64,000 nucleotides of DNA from Chiloscyllium plagiosum (Eukaryota), in assembly GCF_004010195.1 (NCBI RefSeq), contig NC_057718.1, forward strand, positions 30,634,767 to 30,698,766, written 5' to 3'. Each line of letters opens with the position of its first letter. Position 1 is the first letter of the stretch. This document shows positions 53,001 to 64,000 of this stretch, in pieces. The notes below the pieces were generated by a model, which made no database searches, had not been told where the DNA came from, and saw only the letters and a list, made by a program, of their open reading frames with translations. Position numbers and translations under genes: made by a program.

Positions 53001-53696
53001 TTCCAGCACCTACTTATGATCCCAGCTGATGTTGCTACTGCACGTGTCAGATGCCAGTCTGAAATCGGGCTTATAGATCATATTTTGTTTATTCTGTGTT
53101 TAACAAAGTCTTCCACTGAAACACAAACATGCATCATTATGCATCTAGGTTTAATATTAAAATGCAAGCTTATTACACAAAAGAAATTAAAACAAAATAG
53201 AACAAACAATGCTATTTCCATGTAGCACATTGAAAGATTTCCATACATGGCAGAAGAAAATTCCAGCTATTCCAACACCATCACTTTACAATACTCAAAT
53301 ATCGGAGAAGAGTTCCCTTTAATATTATATCTATAAATTTGACTAAATTGTTTCTTTCAATTCCTGGTCTTGAGAGCTTGATATAACCCTCGTCATTGGT
53401 TATTCACACAACTGAGCTTCCATTATGACTCAGAAGTGGCACAGTTCCCTGTTCTTTGATACATACTGGTTTAAGACTCCTAGCTCCTGAAAGACGGACC
53501 AGTTAATTATTAAGCCCCCTGAAACACATAAACCAAAACCTACATGCCACTACTTTAAAATTCAAACTGTAAAATGAATGATAATGTAATGTGTGTGGTT
53601 TATATAAATTAAAACCTCTACAGTTTCAGTGCCTGCTCAGAATACCTCATCAGCTGCATGGGTTTGATGGATGTTAGGCCTTGCAGTAATGGTAGG

Positions 53697-53822
53697 CGAA
53701 AGTGAGGACTGCAGATGCTGGAGATTAGAGTCGAGAGTATGGTGCTAGAAAAGCACAGCAGGATCTGAGGAGCAGGAGAATCAACAAAAAATCAAAAATC
53801 AGGCAAATGTCCTTCATCAGGA
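53697..53822 (-). mobile_element. PLE pLTR fragment
   Basis: gaaagtgaggactgcagatgctggaga...aaaagcacagcagg...ccttcatcaggaat. Confidence 0.7.
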
Positions 53823-53940
53823 ATATGCCCACGCTAATCTACTTGAAGCCAAATCTACTTGAAGTCCTCTATCAAGGTAGATAGCAAAATGAAACCAACC
53901 TAGCTCTACCTGTCTGAACCTGGTTTCGATCTCACATTTG

Positions 53941-54252
53941 TGGGCGGCACAGTGGTTAGCACTGCTGCTTCACCACGCCTGAGACTCGGGTTCAATTCCC
54001 ACCTAAGGCGACTCTCTCCGTGGAGTTTGCACATTCTCCCTATGTCGGCGTGGGTTTCCTCCGGGTGCTCCGGTTTCCTCCCACAATCCAAAAATGTGCA
54101 GGTTAGGTGAATTGGCCATGCTAAATTGCCCGTAGTTTAGGTGAAGGGGTAAATGTAGGCGAATGGGTCTGGGTTACGCTTCGGCGGGTCGGTGTGGACT
54201 TGTTGGGCCGAAGGACCTGTTTCCACACTGTAATTAATCTAATCTAATCTAA
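53941..54252 (+). mobile_element. HE1-like SINE
   Basis: Head, core and (aatct)n tail. Confidence 0.9.
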
Positions 54253-57200
54253 TATAATTTAAGTGCATCATTCTGCTAAATCTTAATTGAAATGTCATAG
54301 GGAACAGGGTCAACATTGGCATGGCATTTTCTATAGCACTCCCCCAACCTGGCACGAATGGGTTCCTCCTGTGGTCAGTCTTCTACTTAAGTGTATCTGC
54401 ATTGCATAACCTTTGCCTGAACTGTTCTGGAACTGCACACATTCAACAGCCTTTTGGGTGTATGTTGCTTCTGCTTGGTGGACGTTTAAAAATAGATGAG
54501 TGGGTTGTTGTCTAAAAACAGTTCAAACTGTACACCAATGTCTGATTTTATAGGAAATAGCCTACTTGAAAGCCAGCAGTTCGAGTTTCATGTTGGAGTA
54601 ATTCTCTATATTCCACTCATTCAGTTTGAGACTCCAACTGACGTAAGCGATAACCACCCTCTACTGTCCATGAACCTGTAACAACACCATTCTTAGGCCA
54701 GGCACATTGTCAGCAGTTTCCAATGTGATGGGGGAGTCAGAAATCTGGGTAGCCAAGGACAGATGATAAGACAAGCTTCTGCTTAAGGGTGCAAACGAGG
54801 CTTAAGATGCTGGTGTCAAACTCCCTGTGCTGCTCCGTGAAGAATCACACTTCACACATCCTCTCCTAAACATTGTTTGACTTCCTCTGTAAATCATGGA
54901 ATCAGGTGACCAACTGTGAATAGCCTTGCACAAATCTCCTATGGTAGCCCACTAGACCAAGGAACTCCCATAGTGCCCTCCCAATCTTAAGTGAGGGTAC
55001 TGCTGTACCACATGGACTTTCTCATCATCAGGAGTATTGCCTTCCTTCTAATGAAGTGTTAAGTACCGTACTTCTGTCGAGAAAAGTCAGCACTGCTCTG
55101 GTTTGACTTTCAGGTTAAAACTAAGACAAGTGGGCTGGGATGGTGTTTAGTTTTGCAAGAGTCTCCTGGATTATGAAGTCAAAGAAAAGTATGTTGTCCA
55201 GATACAAAGGAGGGACTGGAAATTAGGATTGCCAATAAATGTATCTATCTCACACGTGAAGGTAGCAGGAACAATGTAGACCCCAAATGAACTACTTATG
55301 TATTCATAAAGGCTCTACTGCCTATTTGAAATCTCTTTGTTACAATGTCTTGCTCAGTGATGGGTAGCTGATAATAACTGTGGTCCAAATCAAAACTGCA
55401 GAAAGACTTTGCACCTCTGGGAACTTGCGATGCTTCCTCAATCCCAGGCAGAGGATAGCAACCTTAAGCGCCTTTGCTTAAAGTGTCCTTCTTTCTTCTT
55501 CACAAGGACTATATGGAAGGTGTTACAGACTTGATGACTCTCAGATAACACATTATTCCAATGACTTCTGCAAATAGTCCTAGATTTCCTCCCATTGATG
55601 AGTGGGATCCAGCAGTCTGGAATGTTTACTGGACACTTACCTTTGGTCACAATCCGATGGCTTACCAGGTCGCAATCTCCAATGTCATTGTGATCTTTAC
55701 TGAAAGTTGTCTTCTACTTGGTGAGAATAGAAACCAATTGCCTCTTCTGGGTCTCCTCCAACTTGCCAATGGCCTTTTATGAAATGAGGTTAGAGATATC
55801 CCCTCTAGTTGATCCACTGTTCACAACACTGGCAGGGTTAAGGAGACTTATGGACATTCTTGGTTGGAAGTAAACATCATTGTTGCTGATGTTGGAAATC
55901 TGCATTGGTACTCTATTCTTTTCACCCATTATGGCAAGGGTGACTTCCAGAGTTCCACCAAGTGGGAGCTATGCTACACATGACTTTCTAGCAAGGCCTA
56001 ATGTTGACTAGTTAGAGCTGGCTGACATGACCATTCAAGATATGTGATGGTGCACATGGCTAAAAGAATATCACAGTTTCCTGTGACAGTTCTAGAGAAC
56101 CATACAGACTAATACACTTTGTGTGCGTCAAACAAGGTCAAAGGCTCCTGTGCCCAATGTGCCAACCTTGCAATTTGCTGCTTGGAGCAATCACTGTATA
56201 TACTTTCAAAGGATGACTAGATATTTCTTAATACATTAGACTTCAACTCTGCAGATATTCCCAACTGCCATACTTCCAATGCAGTATTGAACAAACTATT
56301 AGAAACCCCAGCATATGAATAGAGAGAGAAATATCATCCAGAACTCAATGGAACCATGATAGCGAATGTCCATCCCATGCAAAGCAGAGACCTGGATGAG
56401 AGAACAGACATCAATCAAAACTCAATCTTCAGCAAGATACTTCTGGGAAAAATGACGAGTAAAAACTGATGTGTCGTCTCTTATGCCGTTTTGGAATAAT
56501 GCTTACACCTTGCCACATTTCAGGCTCACTACTACTGTACATAGGATTGAGCCTTGTTCTGAAGGATCCTGACCCCTGCCTGACTCCCACTGAGTATATA
56601 CAGTATAATGTGAGAAGAAAAGGCCATTACACTGAATGGAGTTTCTGTGGCTGATGGTAATGGCAGCCATGGTTGCTAAGGGCAGTCATGTTTGAAGTAC
56701 CCGGTCCTGTCAATTTGAACACCTCTTCGGAACATCCTTGGAGATAAGAGAGCACTATCTGTGCTTGCTTATTGCTGTCTGTTCCCCCTGACCCTTTAGT
56801 CTGAGGTTTACACCCTTGTCTTCACCAACAGTCACCTTCCTGATGGTTTTCTTTATCTTGGTCTTGGGGAAAGATTGGATCCTATGATCTGAATAATACA
56901 TTCTTGTGCTTCAAAGAAAGGTATTTGAGGTGTGTCACTATTATGCCTCCTCAGCTTCATCTGGACATTCCAATCCCTCACTACTTCTGCTAGCTAGATA
57001 GTCCTTCAAATGCCTGTCTCTGGCCAATTTAAGGGAAGGATCCAAAGGATAATGCAGAAACCAGATCCACCCCTTCACCTTCCTTCGACTCATAAAACCT
57101 TTGCAATGGGTATGTCAGGCCACTGATATCTGCCCAAACCTATGTTAATATTTCAAAGATCTGCCACAGACGTATTTGAACATTTGTACTCCTTCCACTA

Positions 57201-57619
57201 TTTCCCAACTGGCTTTCCTGTGTAAATGTTCCGTCACCAAAGCCACCTGCTCACCCACATCTTGGCCTCTGGATGCCATAATCAGCTTGACATCCTCAGT
57301 CCAGTCTTCAATTGCCAGATCATCATATGTTTCCAGCCTTCCCCCGAATCTTTCCAGTTTTCTGCACATTGGTAAGTAGAGTATCCTAGCAAGAGTACTG
57401 CCTCCCTCCCTCTGTAACATCAAGTGAACATCTGCCTCAATTCTGACTTCCTCTGCCAATATCTGATGCTCCAGTGATCCTGGAGCAGCTTTAACCTGTC
57501 TCTCAGACACTGCTACTTTCAATTTCTCCATCACCCACTTGGCCAGACACCTTTAACCTTGTCTGTTATGACAAGATACCTATGCTGTAGAATCCTGCAC
57601 AAGAGATGTAATGTTTGAC

Positions 57620-57900
57620 TTACAATCTTCTTCCTGACCTCTCCGCCCCCACCCCATTCCGGCCTATCACCCTCACCTTGACCTCCCTCCACCTATCGCA
57701 TTTCCAACGCCCCTCCCCCAAGTCCCTCCTCCCTACCTTTTATCTTAGCCTGCTGGACACACTTTCCTCATTCCTGAAGAAGGGCTTATGCCCCGAAACG
57801 TCGATTCTCCTGTTCCTTGGATGCTGCCTGACCCGCTGCGCTTTTCCAGCAACACATTTTCAGCTCTGATCTCCAGCATCTGCAGTCCTCACTTTCTCCT
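57620..57900 (+). mobile_element. PLE pLTR with hammerhead core (57774-57802) and 3' tail
   Basis: Nearly identical to 42250-42490. Core is CUGAAGA A GGGC UUAU GCCC(C) GAAA C GUC; continues into the ctctgatctccagcatctgcagtcctcactttctcc tail. Confidence 0.85.
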
Positions 57901-58143
57901 TGAACATGGATGGCCCAATGATCACAAAGCAGGGTTTCTTTATTCCACTAAAATCATTGCAAACATGAAGTGAAACCAAAGGTTAAACAAGGAATTATTT
58001 ACAGATTTTACACAGAATGAAGTCTGTATTTTACATTGGGTTGAGGAATACTTTGTCTGTCTTTTCCTTCTACCAATGAGCCCTCCCACACTCATCATCG
58101 CCACCTGTTGATGGAGGCCCTGGTACAACTGTTTGAACTGTTT

Positions 58144-58455
58144 GGGCGGCATGGTGACACAGTGGTTAGCACTGCTGCCTCAGCGCCAGAAACCCGGGTT
58201 CAATTCCCGCCTCAGGCGACTGTCTGTGTGGAGTTTGCACATTCTTCCCGTGTCTGTGTGTGTTTCCTCCGGGTGCTCCGGTTTCCTCCCACAGTCCAAA
58301 GATGTGCAGGTTAGGTGAATTGGCCATGCTAAATTGCCTGTAGTGTTAGGTGCAGGGGTAAATGTAGGGGAATGGGTCTGGATGGATGCGCTTCGGCGGG
58401 TCGGTGTGGACTTGTTGGGCCGAAGGGCCTGTTTCCATACTGTAAGTAATCTAAG
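58144..58455 (+). mobile_element. HE1-like SINE
   Basis: Head, core and tail as in the other copies. Confidence 0.9.
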
Positions 58456-60293
58456 TAAAACTCCCCTGCTTGATGCCCTCTCTCTCCATCTCGAACTGCT
58501 GGTAGACGTTCCATTATATTTATTACTAAGGTCCTTATCCCTGGAACCATGATTTAAAAGGGTGACAATAGTACCTGAGGACTGAGAAAGGTCTGCTCTG
58601 ACTGGGAATGAGACAGTTTTTTTTTGTGATCTGTTCATGTATGTTGAACATCGTCTAAAATCTGATATGTTCTATGTGTTTTCTACAATATTGTCCTTTC
58701 TACAATATTGTCCTTTAAAATAAAATTGCTGTAGTGAGTCCTTATTCAATTTAATCCATATTTCTCCAACTCAGGATGAGCATTTTTCTTCTTAAGGCTA
58801 TATGTTATCCTCTTATCTGTACTGTTTTAGAATAGAATATAACCAGCTGGAGAACTGTAAGAAGGCTGATAATACAAGCTATTTTCTGCTGTCTCATCCT
58901 AATCTTGTTACACAAATGATTGTGAAGAGATTCATGAATTTTAATTTTCTATTTTGCATTAGACCCTCATGTCACACACCCCAGCTGTTCTCTGCAGGAG
59001 ATGACTACTCAGCCTCATACTTTGAGGATGGGGTGTTTTGTGAGTTGAAAATTGTCAGTTCTTGGCAATTTGTCGAGCAAAACGTGGACTTAACAACCAC
59101 TCAGTAAGATGATTAACAGTGATCAGGAGGAACAACATTGCACCTTTACTAATTGCCACAGATCTGACATTGTTCACAGTGGCCCACTGATTCATTGTTC
59201 CCATCTCAAACACTACTGCCCTGTACATCATTGTCCTATTTTTAAGTAAATTTCATTTTTTAACACCTTCCTCCCATTGCCCCACCCATCCATTTTTGCC
59301 TTCCTTCCAGAAGCTGACAAATAATGTTCAGGTGTGGGGCTGAACACTATTAACTTTTCAAACAAGTGACTGGTCTTCATTTGTGAACTAGACAGTGTAC
59401 GTTATACAATTTTAGAGATTCATTTACCTCCTCTGCCATTATTTTATACAGAATATGGGCTGGTGACAGGAATAACCTTCTAACAGAGCTTGCTTGCATT
59501 TTTTGGTTAGTTGGGAAATGCAATGTTCCTCATTTGCTGCCTCCCTAAAATAACATTGAATGGTCATAATGTGCAAAGTTAAGATATTTCCAGTTTACCC
59601 CTAACCTTTCCAACTTTTTCCAGTATCCTGTCCTGAAAACATCACTTTCATAAGTAACTAACCACCCTCACTTTGAGATGTAAAAGTTTCAGCAGACCCC
59701 CTTACCTTGGGATATCAGAGCTTAAGCCAATATGGTCATCAACCAATGGCCACTCTTATTGCAGTTATTACTGAATGGCAGTCAGCAACAGGAACCCTGA
59801 CTGTTGTTTGCAATTTCCTCCACCCTCTCCTAGTTCAGAGGTGAAAGCTCAATTACAGTGAGCTGGATTTAATGGAGATGACAGTCATCTAGTTCGCCAG
59901 CTTAAGAGTCAGCAAAAGTCTCAAGTTGGGTGTTTTAAAGAATATCCCGTGCAATTCAGTCCCTATCAAGTACTTAGCCAGCAGTGTCAATTACCCTGGG
60001 GACAGAGGCCCAACCTACCAAGAACTCCAGGAAATCTGAGATCAGTGGCTCTTCTGTGTTCAGCAACACCATCCAAGGCTTTGGATCAGGAGAGTCCCAG
60101 GCAAAGTTGAGTGATGATGGGAACGCAATATGTGGTTGGGGAAGCAAGCTAGCAACAAGTAAAGAGGGTGGCTTTCAGGGACTCCCACCCGTTTCCCAGT
60201 GCCAGGTCCTCCATTCAGGCCCTGAGTATCTTTGAACAAGGGATAACCCCATCAGAGCCTACAAGCAAACATGTTCGGATTTGCATTTTGAAC

Positions 60294-60720
60294 GTAGTCC
60301 CCCCCCCCCCCCCCCTCCCCCCAAGCCTTCTCCCCCCCGACACCTTCTCCCCTATATTGGGGAGACAGGCCGCCTACTTGCGGAGCGTTTCAGAGAACAC
60401 CTCTGGGACACCCGGACCAACCAACCCAACCACCCTGTGGCTCAACACTTCAACTCCCCCTCCCACTCCACCAAGAATATGCAAGTCTTTGGACTCCTCC
60501 ATCGCCAGACCACAACAAAACGACGATTGGAGGAAGAGCGCCTCATCTTCCACCTAGGATCTGACGTCCCTCCCCCGAAGTCCCTCCTCCCTACCGTTTA
60601 TCTTAGCCTGCTGGACACACTTTCCTCATTCCTGAAGAAGGGCTTATGCCCGAAACGTCGATTCTCCTGTTCCCGGATGCTGCCTGACCTGCTGCGCTTT
60701 TCCAGCAACACATTTTCAGC
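60294..60720 (+). mobile_element. Truncated/deleted Penelope-like element: GIY-YIG endonuclease fragment + pLTR, 14-bp TSD
   Basis: Translates YIGETGRLLAERFREH...PVAQHFNSPSH...RRLEEERLIFHLG (PLE GIY-YIG). tttgcattttgaac is duplicated at 60280-60293 and 60721-60734. Confidence 0.92.
60632..60659 (+). ncRNA. Minimal hammerhead ribozyme core (PLE type)
   Basis: CUGAAGA (60632-38) A GGGC-UUAU-GCCC GAAA (60652-55) C GUC, with predicted cleavage after 60659. Confidence 0.68.
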
Positions 60721-61614
60721 TTTGCATTTTGAACTCCTTGCATGGCATGTCTTTAGTCCATCACTGGGTAAATATCATGAAGAATTGACTTCAACTGGCA
60801 GGAGGTGGTAGCATAGTGTCACTAAGTAGTAATCTAGAAAGCCAAGCTAATGTTCAGGGGAAACTTGTTTGAATTCCACCATGACATGGTGAAACTTGAA
60901 TTCAGTTTTTAAGTAATTTAAAAGTTGTCAATTATTGTAAAAATCAATCTGGCTCCTTTAGGGAAGGAAATCTGATGTCCTTACCTGGTCTGCCCTACAT
61001 GTGACTCTAGAGCCATAGCCTCTTAGTTGGCCTCTGGACAATTAGGAATGGGCAATAATTGCTGACACTTACATTCAATGAATAAATAAAATTAAAATGG
61101 GCAGTGGGATAGGAAGGTTATCCATAGGCCTTCTTGCCTCAGTCTTAATTGAAGTGGAGGTGGCAAGGTGGGAGAAGAGAAGAAGGAACAGCTTAGTTTT
61201 TCAAACCAAGGAGTATTTGTATCTGTTGTGTAAGGACTTTAGGACCTTGCAGTGTTGTCATGGAGTTGCTCCTTACTGGACATAACTTCATCCACACTGT
61301 GCTATTTAAGAATAAAAAGAGAAACACAAGAAACATTAGTCAGAAACCTGAAGGCTTCCTATGTGAATATTAGAAGCACAGTAACAGTAAGACTAGAGTC
61401 TGGTATATCTCTGAAAACCATGTATTATTCTAAATAGTCTAAATATATAATAAACACTGTTATAAAGAAGCCAAGCCTGAAAATGGTTTTTGATCTTGCC
61501 TTCGTATTGATCAGCTTTTCTTGAACCCAAACCCATGGATGTAGGAATAAAGTCATGTAGTTTTGCAGCATAGAAAGAAGTCCTTCAGCTCATCATGTCG
61601 ACAGCTATCAAGAG

Positions 61615-62220
61615 GGTCATTCAGCACAGAAACAGACCCTTTGGTCCAACTCGTCTATGCCAACTAGATATCCTAAACTGATCTAGTCATATTTGTCAGC
61701 ATTTGACCCATATCCCTCTAAACCATTCGTATTCACATACCCGTTGAAATGCCTTTTAAATGCTGTAATTGTGCCTGTCTCCACCTCTGGCAGCTTGTTT
61801 CTTACACACATCACCCCCTGTGTGAAAAAGTTGCCCGCAGGTCCCTTTTAAATCATTCCCCTCTCACTTTAAGCCGTCTAGTTTTGGACTCCCCAACCCT
61901 GGGAAAAAGACGTTGGCTCTTTATCCTATCCACGCCTCTCAGGATTTTATAAACTTATATAAAGTCATCCACAGCCTCCAACAATCCAGGGTAAAAGGCC
62001 CCAGCCTATTCAGTCTCCCCTAATAGCTCAAACCCTCCAGTCCCAGCAACATCATTGTAAATCTTTTCTGAACCCTTTCAGATTTAACAATGTCTTTCCT
62101 ATAGCAGGGAGACCAGAATTGAATACGGTACTCTAAAAGTGGCCTCACCAATGTCCTGTACAGCCACAATATGACATCCCAACCTATATACTCAATGTAC
62201 TGACCAATGAAGGCAATCAA
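61615..62220 (-). mobile_element. CR1 LINE 3' fragment
   Basis: Minus ORF 62020-62262 (LYRTLVRPLLEYRIQFWSPCYRKDIVKSERVQKRFT). Confidence 0.9.
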
Positions 62221-63394
62221 ACACCTATTTACTCTCGTCCCATTTTCCAACTTTTTTCCCATAGTCTATCATACTTCAAATGCTTGTCTAAATACTTCTT
62301 AACTGTTGAAAAGAGTTCCAGTCTCTACCGCTCTTTGAGGCAATGATTTTTAGATACTCACCACCCTATGGTTGAAAAACATTCTCCTCGAATTCTCTCC
62401 ACACCACCTGCCCTTTACCATAAATCTACACCCCTGATCACTGATCCCTCTATTATTGATCTTATCTATATCCCTCGTAATTTTGTACACAACATTATGC
62501 AATAAAAGACTTGAGTAGTGATAGGGTCAACTTCCTAGAAAATACTGGCAGTAGTGAGAATCAAGAAACGCACATGAAATCATTTGGAGAAAAGAGAAAC
62601 TCAAAGAAATTTGCTTAAATAAAAACGATTACACATGCTGAATATCTGAAATAATTCACTTTGTTTTTATTTTTGTAAAAAAAAAATCACCTTTTCATAA
62701 AGTTACTAATATAACTTTAAGACTGCTAGCAGCGAGAAAAGCCACAGAGCTTACACTTGCTTTTAAGAAGAAAGATCTCTGTACAGAAAACTCCTGCAGA
62801 GGAATCACAAAAACAAGTACAAGCCTGAATAAAAGCCTTTTACATCAAGTGATAGAGAAAACAAGGTTGAAGCAGTCAGGTAAGTAAAAGCCCACTGGCA
62901 GCCAAGGGGATAAATCCATGTTGAGCACCTGCAGAAAGTGGGTAAATAGTGAACACACAAAGCAGATTTGATCAGTTGGAGGAAAGAAGAACTAAGTTTC
63001 ATTTTCAAACAGAAAAAGTAGGCCTGTAAACAGTTAAGATTCCTAACACTGATTTCACAATTTCTAAACAACCCACACGATAACTAAGTCAACAAAAGTA
63101 AAGAAAGCTCTTCAGAAATAGTTGTAAGGTAAATCAATGGGAAAAGATCCAACCCAACAATAAAATTAGTTCAATCTTAATGTTTGGGTAGTTTGAGCAG
63201 GAAGCATAGGTTTTACTGAGTAACTGAGAAGTCTTCGTTTTTTTATTAGTTTAAGAAAAGGTCTGAAATAAAGCGAAAGTCATGAATTTGATCACATGGT
63301 GATGAATGAGGTGCAAAAAGAACTCAGATGCAGTGGAAAAAAATTGGTGTGAATGGCATCTGTTATGATTGTTCTTTCTCTTGTAGCATCTTCT

Positions 63395-63496
63395 GAGGTG
63401 TTTTCGCTTCGAGCGCAAAAGATGGGCTAGGGTCCAGTACACGGCACCTGTATCCAAGGCTGTGTCGGGGGAACCGGACCAGTGCGAAAACACCCC
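63395..63496. other. CpG-rich nested stem-loop element of unknown nature
   Basis: gaggtgttttcgc / gcgaaaacacccc, ggtccagt / accggacc and acacggc / gctgtgt pair in nested order. Confidence 0.55.
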
Positions 63497-64000
63497 TGGA
63501 GAAGCCCAAAGAAAAAGAACAATCTCTATAAAATCATGATAACCACCTTTGATACAATCGAAAAACCATTGATTCTTATTAAATGACAACACTTTGAGAA
63601 GATTTCTACCCACAGATCTTTTAGAAATCCTTCATCCATCTTGAAAAGATAATGTTTTCATTCATCACTGTGACCATATTGATAAAGGAAAACTGAAGTT
63701 TATTGGAAAAAGATTTAGAACTGCAGAAACTTTAACAGTTTTCAATTTTGGTTCTGCAGCAACAATCTTTGGAACAACAAAGATTTAATAACTACTTTAG
63801 TCAACTTAGAATATAACAAGACAATGAAATGAGTGTTGAACAAAGAGATCAAAATCCTCACATTGATTGAGGCCAAGAAGATAATCAATGATATCAAGTG
63901 CAAGCAGACAATGAAACAAAATTCACTTTTATCAATTTTTCTAACAGAAAAATCCAAGCTTTCAGAATTATTTGACTTATCAGCAAATTGACAAGTTTGG

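Larger units (their letters stand above)
51700..57560 (-). mobile_element. Decayed Ty3/Gypsy LTR retrotransposon (gag-pol), with nested insertions
   Basis: Gag-like RKLERFGG...IEDWTEDV (57145-57534); RT IVLVKKKEG (~55486-55512) and FCSFDLDHSYYQLPITEQD (~55347-55403); integrase VLKDIFTKFTQAIPT (~52566-52612) and IHCDQGHNFENQILQEL (~52441-52491); C-terminal KIEDVWDPEPHRVI (51711-52043). RT precedes integrase. Confidence 0.85.

Noticed and set aside
60299..60339. Poly-C / polyproline tract
   Set aside because: Low-complexity sequence at the 5' junction of the PLE insertion, possibly of low sequencing quality; no evidence of coding function.
63251..63613. 120-aa minus-strand ORF as an endogenous viral or host gene
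   Set aside because: No recognisable motif, non-ATG start and no supporting neighbouring exons.

Overview
This is repeat-rich, CpG-depleted vertebrate DNA. The HE1-type SINEs, CR1 LINEs and Penelope-like repeats point to a cartilaginous fish (shark); this is an inference. The only host gene I can support is CAMKMT (calmodulin-lysine N-methyltransferase), with three consecutive in-phase coding exons on the + strand (26177-26251, 30608-30671, 33150-33281). Neither the preceding exon nor the canonical last exon was found, so most of the window is probably CAMKMT intron. The rest is mainly transposable elements: many CR1 LINE copies (two covering most of ORF2), nine HE1-like SINEs, several Penelope-like element (PLE) fragments, a Tigger/pogo-like MITE, a decayed Ty3/Gypsy element and a decayed Ty1/Copia (GalEa-like) element. 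There is also a tRNA-Trp pseudogene. Most notable: (i) minimal hammerhead-ribozyme cores in the PLE pseudo-LTRs, including fold-back insertions with a core on each strand and 14-16 bp target-site duplications; (ii) an orphan near-perfect inverted repeat with ~142-bp arms in a CAMKMT intron; (iii) a CpG-rich ~100-nt nested stem-loop at 63395-63496 overlapping a candidate exon; (iv) a Copia relic, which is uncommon in vertebrates. Nearly all ORFs in the supplied track are TE fragments or chance ORFs.
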